From assembly GCF_004010195.1 (NCBI RefSeq), contig NC_057719.1:48100119-48129618 (forward strand): DNA of 29,500 nt, given 5' to 3'. This stretch comes from Chiloscyllium plagiosum. Lineage: Eukaryota. Position numbers and translations under genes: made by a program. Under the pieces are notes generated by a model. That model made no database searches, was not told the DNA's origin, and was given only the letters and a program-made list of their open reading frames with translations. Positions 1 to 10,800 of this stretch are shown piece by piece; position 1 is the stretch's first letter; every line of letters begins with the position of its first letter.

Positions 1-6
1 TGTTTT

Positions 7-250
7 AGAGTCAAATTTTATAACATAGAAAGAGACCCTTTGGCCCATTGTTTGTGCATGACATAAATCATCCTCCTGTTCTTAACTTTCCAGCACTTGT
101 CCCATAATCTTGTATGCTGTGACATTTCTATTGCTCGTCTAAATGTGCCATGTGAGACCTTTTATCAAAAGCCTTCGTGCAGTCCTTGTTTACACACCTA
201 GTTATCTAAAAAAAAATCTATTGGACATGGTCTCCACTTCACAAAGTGTA
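7..250 (-). mobile_element. Degenerate CR1-type LINE fragments (3' tail and RT piece)
   Basis: gaccctttggcccatt tail-like motif and ttatcaaaagccttc (antisense of KAFDK); boundaries approximate. Confidence 0.45.
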
Positions 251-1092
251 TCATGTCTGAACAGGTTGATTTAAAAAATGTCAAATTTATCAGAGCACTG
301 TTATTATATAATTGAGTTTGTAATAACTATTTATTTAATGGCCAAATTATTTTTTTAGCATTCATTCTGCAGAAAAGAACAAAAATAAATACTGATGCTG
401 ACTTAATGTGCATAGTTACTTGTGAACTGACTTGTAGTTATTTGGTTTAAAAACTATACTCATTTACATATCTAGCCTTCTCCATATTAGTGAAGTATTA
501 TAGTTTTAATATTTCACATGAGTGGTAGTAATGAGTGACCCACTGATTAAAGGCAAATGTTTGAAAAAGCTCTGCTTTAGGTCCTGGATATTTGCTTTGG
601 CATAAAGTGTTTCTATGCTGGCTGGAGCAATCATATCAGTTTTAAAAACTGAAGTGCTACTGGATGCTTTTCCTGTCTCTTCATGAATGCTTAACTGATT
701 TAAAAACGGTTACTGTTAGAATGAAAGTTTTTTGTTTTAAAAGCAGGTTTGGTGTTTGACATATTTTCAGCTAATATCAAGCAACTGTTGAATAAGAGCA
801 TTATCCAGATTCATGTTAGACAATCCAGTTAGCTTTTTAAACCTTCTCTTTATATAGTTTGTCTTCCCCATTCAATTACCACAGATTTGGCCAGAAAATT
901 TATGCAACAAAAACTGATTATTGGTTACTAAAAGGTTAAGTCCCTTTGTGAATTTTGTGTACTGTAGCATGAAGGGTGAAACCTTGTAGTTATATATGTG
1001 CATGGACAGTCACTCAAACTATAGTGGGAATTTCTGGCGATCCAGTACCTGAGTCATGCTTCCTTGCCTGAAATCTGGATATCCAAGCAAAT

Positions 1093-1455
1093 GAGGAGAT
1101 GATGGCCTAGTGGTATTATTGCTGGACTGTTAATCCAGACACCCAGGTAATGTTCTGGGAACCACTGTTCGAACCCTGCTGTGGCAGATGGTGGAATTTG
1201 AATTCAAATTTTTTTTTTAAAATCTGGAATTGGGAGTCTAATGTGGCCATCAATCCATTGTTCATTGTCAGAAAAAAATTACGTAGTTCACAAATTTCGT
1301 TCAGGGAAGAAAACTGCTATCCTTATCTGGTCTGGCCAACAGATGATTCTAGATCCACAGTAATGTGATTGACTCTTAACTGTCCTGTGGGCAATTAAAG
1401 TTGGGCAATAAATGCTGATGCCAGTGACACCCTCATCCTGTGAATGAATAAAAAT
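1093..1455 (+). mobile_element. tRNA-derived SINE with LINE-derived 3' tail
   Basis: A-box tggcctagtgg, B-box gttcgaaccc; tail gggcaataaatgctg..gccagtgacaccctcatcc..tgaatgaat resembles the LINE 3' end at about 16350-16398. Confidence 0.75.
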
Positions 1456-1809
1456 ATTTCAAATTGTGCTAATTTAAAAAAAAACGTTTTGAGTGAGTAA
1501 ATGGTTTATTTTGTGTTGGTAAAACAATAGTTTGTAAAGATCAGTGTGATGTATTCACTCTTCTTTGGAAAAGATCTCTCAGACGACTGACCCTTTGAGA
1601 AAGGAAATCTCCTAGGCTTGTGATTGGATGGAGGACCCCTTTTTGATTATTAAAGAAACCGTGGTCTCTTTTGAAAGGGTTCAACTCCTATGATCCTGTA
1701 TGTTGCAATAAAATCACTTTTTCATTGTTTCAAATGGTGCTGGTAGCAGGATTCACCTGTTATCCAAGGAATCAGCTGAGTGAAGCTTGTCTGCACTCAT
1801 AATTGTTGT

Positions 1810-2110
1810 TAAGCAAGGCCAAAACTGTACACTACTCCATATGTGATTCTTGCAATGCTTCATGTAACTCTGAGCAAGCATTTGCTGCTTTGTAATTCCC
1901 CTTGCAGAAAAAAGCTAAAATTCCAGTTGACTTGCGAATTGCTTGCTGAATGTGCTTGCTTGCTTTTGTGATTTATGCATCAGAGCAAGCAGATTCTTAT
2001 GTATCTGAGTTGTCCAATCTTTTTAAACTTGAATATGCTGCTTTCCTGTTCTTCCTGACAAAGTGGATGGTTTAACATCTTTTCCATTTTAAACTATGTC
2101 AATTTTTTTT
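1810..2110 (-). mobile_element. Degenerate CR1-type LINE RT fragment
   Basis: ggccaaaactgtacactactcc is antisense of the EY(C)VQFW motif; boundaries approximate. Confidence 0.5.
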
Positions 2111-2384
2111 TGTCTATTCATTTTTATCTACATAGCTCCCATTAAATTTGGAAGTAGTTTTGTAAACTTGAGAATTTTGAAAATCCCAATGCATCTACTA
2201 ATTTGTCAGCTACTTTTTAGATGCTAGACTGAATTCCATTAGGATCTGGGAATGGTAAACATTCACTTGCAAGAACTTTGACAGTGTAGTTTGCCTGGCA
2301 ATTGCAGCGGTTTTCACCTCATCCTTTTTTTTTTTTCCGGTGTGCGTGCGTGATGAATTGTAATTGCAGATACATTCTATTTTG

Positions 2385-2594
2385 TTCAAAAAGCATACAG
2401 TCTACAGGCAGTCAATGCATGTAACATTTTATAAATCCCTCCTTTGGAAATAGCACCAGTCTGACTCAAGATTGGGATACAAACAGGCTCTAACCTCACA
2501 TCTTTAATTGTCTGAGCTGACATGTCACCTTTTTTAATAAAACTTTGCGTTATCTCAAATGTGACTTAACAGAAGTTCTGGGATTTACGTATTA
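2385..2594 (+). mobile_element. Penelope-like element 3' region fragment, same family as 3235-3607
   Basis: about 2490-2594 aligns with 3235-3347 (aacctcac..ttgtctga.ctga.atgtcac..gttatctcaa..agaagttctgggatttac). Confidence 0.6.
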
Positions 2595-3025
2595 TTGTAA
2601 ATAATATGTAAACTGAAAAGAATGTGTATACTGCACAGAGGCTTGGTTTCTCAACAAGGTAATTTGGGACCGTTTTCTCAGCCAGTAAATTCTGGCACAG
2701 CCAGTGATGCCCAATTTTCATTTTTTAAAAAAGTAATTTGCCTGTTTTATTTTTCATTTTTATTCCATTTTCAGGGAAAAAAACTAGCACTTTGATTTCT
2801 TTTAAAGAGCAAACACTATTTTGCTAGTGTCTACCACAATTTTTCAGTGATTATTGCATTTGTAGATGACTTTGTTCTTCCATCCTACTTGAACTTTCGC
2901 CATCTAAATAATAAGTAACCTCTCAATTCTTCCTCCTAAAATAAGCTGCCTCACATCTATTTGTGCTGAACTTATCTGTCACTTATTCATTTGGTAAGTA
3001 GATGTCCTGCTCCGTGTTCTCTAAC

Positions 3026-3234
3026 CTGCGTGGGTTTCCTCTGGGTGCTCCAGTTCCCTCCCACAATCCAAAGGTGTGCAGGTTCGCTAAATTGCCCATA
3101 GTGTTAGGTGCGTTAGTCAGGGGTAAATATAGGGTAGAGAAATGGATCTGGGTCGGTTACTCTTCAGAGGGTCGGTGTGGACTTGTTGGGCCAAGGGGCC
3201 TGTTTCTATTCTGAAGGGAATCTAATCAAATCTA
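3026..3234 (+). mobile_element. HE1-like V-SINE, 5'-truncated
   Basis: V-domain gtgggtttcctctgggtgctccagttccctcccaca; tail ggacttgttgggcc.aggggcctgtttc ending in (aatct)n-like repeat. Confidence 0.75.
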
Positions 3235-3607
3235 AAACCTCTCACCTTTTAATGCATTGTCTGAACTGAGATGTCACTTTTTTTTAATATAAAACCTTAA
3301 GTTATCTCAAGAATTTGACTGGAAAGAAGTTCTGGGATTTACATATTGATGAACTGAAATCTGTACCCATTTTGAAAGATGAAAGACTTAACAGCAATTT
3401 AGGTTTGTTCAGTATATCACATCAGTTGTTTGACACTATGACCTTTGGCTATAAATTATCTTATGATCCTGCTCCACAGCTACCTAATGAAGGAGCAGCG
3501 CTCCGAAAACTAGTGCTTCCAAATAAAACTGTTGGACTATAACCTGGTGGTGTGTTTTTTTTTTTAAAAAACGTTGTCCACACTCGTCTAACACTAGCTC
3601 CTCCATA
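3235..3607 (+). mobile_element. Penelope-like element 3' end (pLTR) with degenerate hammerhead motif at 3481-3515
   Basis: ctaatga-a-ggagc-agc-gctcc-gaaa; terminal gtgcttccaaataaa..gttggactataacctggtg shared with 10812-10907. Confidence 0.65.
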
Positions 3608-4254
3608 TCGCTGCTCAGTCTTGACATTCTCTCTTTCACTGGGTTTGGTGTCATCTGCAAATTTAGAAATAGGTTGATTCAAAAAGCTGCAAAATATGAC
3701 TTAAAATTGAGAGAACAGCACTGATCCTTGTGGGGTACGGTTGCTTATTTTCTAATCTTCTGAATAACCGCACTAGATTTTCACACTCTAATCACTGTCC
3801 TAAAACCATCTGGCATTCCATTTTACAGTGTACTCCTTAACTGTCTGTTCTTGGATTTTATTCATTATTTAAAGGTGGGACACACAATTGAAGATGTTTT
3901 TGAAGGCTTTTACTGAATTACACTCTCCCTGTTACATTGAACGAATTTAATGAGCTTGGTCAAGCAATAGTTTCCCTTTAATAATCCACCCTCACTATTC
4001 ATTTGCATTATTAATTTCTAGATTTCTATTTTGTCTGTTGGTACAAATGAGAAATTTGAAAATTTATAAAAACCTTGAGTTGAAATGATGGAAAGTGAAA
4101 GACATCAGGTAGATCTCATTGAACTGGCCCAACTTGTTCATTTTGAGCCCTAACTATTGTCACGTTTAAGTTGGATTTTGTTATGGCATTTTATAGTTTT
4201 GAAAAAAATTTGATTTCTCTCAATCTCCATTTTTTAAAAGAAATTGGTTTCTCT

Positions 4255-4622
4255 CAATCGCCAAAACATCACAAAGTATTTCACTACCAATTAAGTACTT
4301 GTGAAGCAAGATCACTTTTGTAATTTAGGAAAGGCAGCAGCTAACTTATTCTTGACAAATTACTTCCAAGCAACAGTGTTGTTATGACCAGGTTTTTTTT
4401 GTTGTTTTTGACAGAGTTCAATATTGGCTGAGACACCAAAGGTAGCTCCCTGCTTTTCTTTTTACAATTTTTTTACATCTCTCTGAGCAGGCTGGTTTGG
4501 TCTCCATTTAATGTTTCATCTGAAATGTTGTACTTTCCTCAGTGTGACCTTTTTTGTTTTTCTTCACTCAAGCCCTGAATTGAGATTTGAATTCAGAGGA
4601 GTGAGTTACCAGCTGACCCATG
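4255..4622 (-). mobile_element. Degenerate DeuSINE (SacSINE1/AmnSINE-like)
   Basis: antisense Deu-domain-like motifs caatattggctgagacacc, ctccctgcttttct, tttacatctctctgag, tttaatgtttcatctgaaa. Confidence 0.55.
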
Positions 4623-4810
4623 GTTGTCGTGCTGTTGTAACAACCATGTTTTCTGTTTGCCTTGTTAAGAAAAGTCAAATACTTAAGTAACTTTTTGACT
4701 TTTTTTTAAAGTTAGTGGCTTTATTTGATTGACAGATCATACTTGCCCAACATCTAGTATTTTACTGTTAAATAATGCAGCATTATTTTCTGTCCTTTAA
4801 CCTTTTTTAG

Positions 4811-4848
4811 GTTGCTTCTGCATCCATGGTATCAAAACTACAGAAAAT
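4811..4848 (+). CDS. KTN1: KTN1 exon, module A1 (38 nt, VASASMVSKLQKI)
   Basis: ccttttttag acceptor, gtaagt donor, phase 0-2. Confidence 0.88.
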
Positions 4849-7800
4849 GTAAGTATTAAATAATTGAGTGATCGTAATATATTTCTGGGTCTAATTTTTA
4901 CATGTATTAAAACTGACTTCTTCAACTGTAGAATCAATGAGAAGAATGAAAAAATTAACTTCATTCAAAGTCTATTGGAGTCAAAGTTGTGTGCAATAGA
5001 AAGCAATGAGAAAACAATACAGGTACTGTCTTCAATTCCTTATTTGTAAAGTGACATGCACAGGGTGCTTGCAGTTGCCACAATGCTGAATCATTCCTTC
5101 CACCATCTACTATTACACTTTGAATTTGTTTTAAGTCTCTCTTGCAGCTGTGGCTTTTCTGTGTTGTCTCAGGTTTTCCTTTTCCTGCCAGTCCCATCTG
5201 CATTACTTACCTCACTATTTTCTCTCTGCAATAAATTGCTGTATTATTTCAGCCTCCTCAGTTGCTTTTTTTGACTTTTTAAAAAATTAATTATCTTCCC
5301 TGCTTCCCAAGAAATTGTGGTCACTCAACTTGAGTCTTAGAATTTAAATTTTAATCTTAGTTCAACACTCCTCTTTTGGATGTATGTATGTTTTCGCAAG
5401 TTTCATAAACTTATTTTATTTTGTACTTCTCAGAGTCATAATCAACAAAGTCAGTGATCTTCTATCTGTCCACTTCAGACACTGATTTGTTTCTCATTGA
5501 CTGGGCACATCTCTGTTGTTCTCCTGTGGTGACTGAAGTTGTCTGTCTGTCTTCTCTGTGCACCAACCCCTTGCGATTACATGTATATTTTTTTCTAGCC
5601 ACTAGTTGTGCATGGCATCCTAAATTTAATTGATTTTCCAGCACATGGTTAGTTTCAGGCTCAGTAGTCTGTGTTCAATTGCTGCTATTGGAAAAAATGT
5701 GGGTTAGCTTACTGATATCACTTCCTACCATTTCCTGATTTGTTCCTTGAAATGTTAATCACATTGGTTTTTCTTCATACTTTGTCCTTATTAACTTCAT
5801 TGATTGGTACCAAGGTAATGTGCAAAATGGTTAATTGTCACACAGGCAAATTACCATGTCACCCTGAGGTGATTTAATATTGTCCTAAATACCCCAACAC
5901 TTTTTGGCTTGACATCTTCTAGACTACTTGCATCTGTCAATATCCTTTTAACTATAAGAACCATATGTAACATGCAATAACTGATGGCTACAATACATTA
6001 ATACTCAAAATGCCAATAGAACTGAGAAGTATGTTTGCCTAATACTTTGTTACAAAATTAAACCATTTCAAAACATTACTCTGCTTGAGTGGCAAAGCAT
6101 TTTCTAATCTGTTAGTCTGAGTTTAGATTAGTTTGGGCCGTAAAACCACAAGGCTTTGATCTTACTTTTGGCTTATGTTTTATGGCTGGTTACCTTTTTT
6201 TATAGCAATTTTTCCACCATGAAACACAATAAGTACAGTATGCTCCAGTTCCTCACTACTTCTTGTCAATATTTTGAACACTTGCTCAGTGTTCTAGTTC
6301 CTTTTGTCCATTGTCATTGCTCCACACACCCCACTGGCCACCAGCATCTCATTAGTATTTTGTTATGCTTATTGGCCAGTTGGCATTGTATTTCAAGGCT
6401 GAAATCTGAACTGTTTGCAAAATTAATTTCTTCAAGTTTCAGTAATATCTCTTGTTTCACACATTGATCATTGGTTGCAGTATTTGAAAAAAGTACAAAG
6501 TTAATCTTGGTGAATTTTGATTTCTATACTTCAATTTTTTTGCCATGACTAACCATAAGCAGACTGCATTCTGCAGGGTTACAGGGATAGGACAGGGTGT
6601 GGGTCTGGGTGGGATGTTCTTCAGTGGATCAGTGTGTACTTGAATGGTCTGCTTTCACACCCTGGATTCTGTGATTCCTGTGGTTTTCATGTTCATGAAA
6701 TTATTTGATTGTAACTTGGTTTTGTCAAGTTTCATGTTTATACAGCACAAAATATATCTAAACTGTTATTATCTTCAAAGGATTTACAAAAGGAAAAGGA
6801 ACTACTCAGCGAGCAAGCAAAAAATGCTCAACAGGTAATGAATTGTCTCAATGTTTTAGTTCTAACTAATGGAGATTTCTAATGTATTGGATGCTGAAGG
6901 AGTCTTAATTCATTACTGTTCCATATTTGATCCTCATCTGCCAGCACACTTTTTATCTTTTTTTACTTGGGCAAGATTGTCTGTCTGCAATGATTATTGT
7001 ATGAATGTAAAGTTGCATGACAGAAAACCAAGTCTCCATAGTACTAGATTGAAGCATTGAATTTTAATGCAACTGCATTCTAAATTCATAGGTTTCTACT
7101 GCACCAAAACTGGATGATCTTGAGAAAGTGTAAGTATTTTTTCCAATATGTTGAAATGTTAATAAGATATGTGCTTCCACTGACTCCTGTCTTCTTTTTA
7201 TTGAAGAATTAGTATGCAAGAACAAGAAATTACCTCTTTGAAAGCTGCATTAACAGACAGTAGTGAAGCAGCTGCTAGCAAGATGCGTGAAATTCAGGTA
7301 ACCAAATAAGCAAAGCCACTAACAATCTAATTTTCTATTTAAAAGAAATGAGAAAGTGGATATAAATTGTCAGTTCTCATTTTAAACAAATTGGTAATCT
7401 AATGTCTGACATGAACAGTGGCTTTTTCAACTTGAATGGGATGATGCATGTCATGTCCCTTTCTGACCATCATTCTGAAATTGAGAACTTGAATCTGTGA
7501 CACTCCATATTGACACTTAATTGCATTGTACATCTGACTCTATGACATGGACTTTAATCTTTATATTGCTTCTTTCTGTTCAGAAAGGCTGTTTTTAAAA
7601 AATCAGTAGCTGCCTTTTTTTTGGATTTTGGGTAGTAGATAAATGATAAATTATGCATTCTTAACTTTTAAAATCCAAGATTCTGTGCTTTTAACTTTTT
7701 AGTCAAACTTAACATTCTCATTCTTAATGAGACTTCATTTTGACAGTATGTGACATGCTGTACACTTGGTGCTCTTGCATGAACACTTCATAGAAATTTC

Positions 7801-10800
7801 AATTTAGCAAGTATTAATATAATTAAGAAAGTTTTTTGGTCAGTTTATTGTGATTTTGTATATGTACGCCATTCATAGTTCAGGCATCAAATTTCTCATT
7901 TAGCACTTTGATTTGTGGACATGAAAAGCACTTTGAAATTGTCAATCATTTCTGTGTACCTGGAAACAAGTTGTCACTTTAGAATTCTTCTGTCCGAATA
8001 ATCTAGATGCATCTAACTTGGATATTATTTATTTATCGTGTAAATTAGAATGAAAATCAAGGACTTGATTTCAAAGTAGTGTCCTTTGCTAGTTTTTAAT
8101 GTATTCTGACAGGAACTTCAGTGTTGTTTTTGGTTTTAACAGGGCATTCTGCAAGAAAATGATGAATTGAAATTGCAGATTCACCAGTTACATTTAGACA
8201 TTAGTAAGCAAGTAAGTACCTGATCAATTTCTTCTAGGAATCTAGAACTTGGTTATATCCCAAGCATTGCATATAGTTTTCGCTCAACTTCATGTGGAAA
8301 TATTGGCTTTTTTTTTAAACCCCCACTTCCAAATTTTGAACCAACTTTCTTTTTGATCAGCTTATGCCTTTCACTGTCATGTTCTGCAGTTATGGGTTCA
8401 CTTGCAGTATTGTTATCCATTTTACTATTCTGGCTTATTTTTTCTCGAGACACAAAATAACTGCAGATGCTGGAATCTAAAGTAGACCAGCAGGAGGCTG
8501 GAAGAGCACAGCAAGCCAGGCAGCATCAGGAGGTGGAGAAGTTGCCGTTTTCAGTATAACCTTTTTTTCATGAATGGAGTGGGGGTAGGGGGAGCTGCAG
8601 GCTTATGGGTGGGGAGAGGGGTGGAATTGGTTAGGTTGTGATAGGTGAATACAAATGGTGTGTATGACCTGGTTGTTTGAAGGGAGGAATGAATCAGATT
8701 GGTAGCTGGAATGAAGGGTCAGTAAGAGGGGATGGAAGGGGAGTCGTGACAAAGGCAGGGCTGGAAAGGCAACACCTTTTTAGGGAGCAAGTAGAGTGAG
8801 CATTTAAAGTCTGGTGAATCTTCAGAGCTTCACATTTGAACATTTATTTCAAGAACAAAGTAACACATTCCTGAGATTTATTTTCAGTAAAACAAATAGA
8901 CAATAAAATGAAAGCGAACATATCATTAGACATTTGATACAGTAATCCCTGGGAATTCTACTGAACTAGATCCTGTCCAAACAGCCTTACCAGCTTCTCT
9001 TGCTTATCAGCTTTAAATCCTTCTGTGATTAAACTGGCTGTTCCTTTTACAATTGCCTGGATAGCGTAACTCCCTTCGTAAAGCTGATTTATTTACCACC
9101 TTAGCCGTTCCTTCTGCCTCCATTGTAAAAGACATTGGTTTCACTTCAGAAATGTCTGAAGTTGGAAAGATACTGAAGCCTCAGACAGAGTTAAAACCAA
9201 ACTGATAGGGTCTGTGATTAGTCATTTATTGTAGCCGGTGCTCCTTTACATTGGGGAGACTACACGCCCTCTCGCAGAGCGCTTTAGGGAACATCTCCGG
9301 GACACCTGCACCAACAACCCCACCACCCCATGGCCGAACACTTCAACTCCCCCTCCCACTCTGCCGAGGACATGGAGGTCCTGGGCCTCCACCACTGCCA
9401 CTCCCTCACCACCCAACCCCTGGAGGAAGAACACCGCATCATCCACCTTGTAACACTTCAACCCCAGGGCATCAATGTGGACTTGACCAGTTTCCTCATT
9501 TTCTCCCCCACCCTCCCCACCCCAGTTCCAACCTTCCAACTCAGCACCATCCTCATGAGCTGTCCTACCTGCCAATCTTCCTTCCCACCCATCCACTCCA
9601 CCCTCCTCTCTGACCTATTGTACTCTTGGCTACCTTCTCCCCAGCTCTCTTCCCACCACCACCACCACCATCACCATCACCATTTATTTCTCCACCCCTG
9701 CCTCGTTCCTGATGAAGGGCTCTTGCCTGAAACGTTGATTTTCCTGCTGCTCGGATGCTGCTTGACTTGCTGTGCTTTTCCAGCACCACTCTAATCCAGA
9801 CCCTGATCTCCAGCATCTGCAGTCATCACTTTTGTTTGCCTGATGGGGTCTGTGATAAAGTTTTTATTAAAATAGATCCAAAGTCATAGGTATTGAAACA
9901 GTGTAGCAGCAAGATTACAGACTAATGGATAAATGGAGAGACAGTGCTTTAAAACATAAGATTTGGCTGTGACAAACAGTTTCTTCCACAGCAAACAAAC
10001 AGGAGAGGTTGAGTTCTAAATTAGAAAATCAAACTTCAAAATGAAAAAGCTGAGACTCTTGTTCAGAAGGAATTGGACAAAGCTAGTGTTGGAGTGTTAC
10101 ATCATGGTGATGAACCTTTCTGTGTATTGAAGCAAACACCCAAGAAAGCTCATCTTGCCTCGTAAACTGTTAAAATGAGTGAGAGTGTTTGGGGAGAGAA
10201 CTTATTGGTTTGATGTTGGCACAACAATAAATTCAAACTCAATTGGGTTTTAGTATCCTGGTGCATAATTTAAATTGGTTAAATTTGAATTGTTGTCAAA
10301 ACAGCAACCAACTCTGGTCTCTCTTTCACAATCAAATGATACATATTTTCAATTTTCCAGTATATGCTGAGACTGTTTCTGTCAGCGCTCAATGCAGAAC
10401 AGCATTCACTCTCTCTTAAAGGTACACGACGTGCCTTCAACTTCTTAACAGAAGGGAAGCCTAAACTTTTTATTTACTTATGGTACAGAGGCTGATGGCC
10501 AGCATTTATTGTCCATTCCTAGCTATCTTTGAGAAGCTGGTGGCAAACTGCCTTCTTCTACCACTGTAGGTAGACTCACCATGCCTTACAGGAGGCAATT
10601 ATGGGATTTTCACCCAGCTACAGTGAAGGAAATGTAATATATCTTCAAGTCAGAACGGTGAGAGGTTTGGAGGGGGACCTGCAAGTGGTAGTGTTCTGGT
10701 ACATCTGCCCTTCTCCTTCTAGATGGGCTAAGTTTTTAAAAAAAAATCTCAACGCCAGGTTTAAGTCCACTAGGTTTATTTGGAAGCACAAGCTCTCAGA

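Larger units (their letters stand above)
2880..3990 (-). mobile_element. Old CR1-type LINE RT fragment interrupted by nested SINE and PLE insertions
   Basis: ISKFADDTK RT motif on - strand at about 3644-3670; LINE-like sequence resumes left of about 3020. Confidence 0.6.
9219..9839 (+). mobile_element. 5'-truncated Penelope-like element: frameshifted GIY-YIG endonuclease C-terminus plus pLTR, with 17-bp TSD
   Basis: LLYIGETTRPLAERFREH..AEHFNSPSHS..LEEEHRIIHLVTLQPQGIN; flanked by ctgatagggtctgtgat (9202-9218) and ctgatggggtctgtgat (9840-9856). Confidence 0.85.

Noticed and set aside
1093..1175. tRNA gene
   Set aside because: A/B boxes are present but run into a SINE body and LINE tail; no convincing cloverleaf
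3481..3515. Functional hammerhead ribozyme
   Set aside because: Core reads CTAATGA (essential G mutated) and stem III is disrupted
1..4800. Further upstream KTN1 exon (expected about 69 nt ending in Q)
   Set aside because: Candidate acceptors near 770, 858 and 884 hit stops or lack coiled-coil character; the exon is probably outside the window
9330..9816. Poly-His ORF and overlapping ORFs
   Set aside because: Frameshifted PLE remnant plus (CAC)n microsatellite; not a host gene
8453..9839. Single large inverted PLE spanning both termini
   Set aside because: The termini are clearly diverged and the 9219-9839 copy has its own TSD
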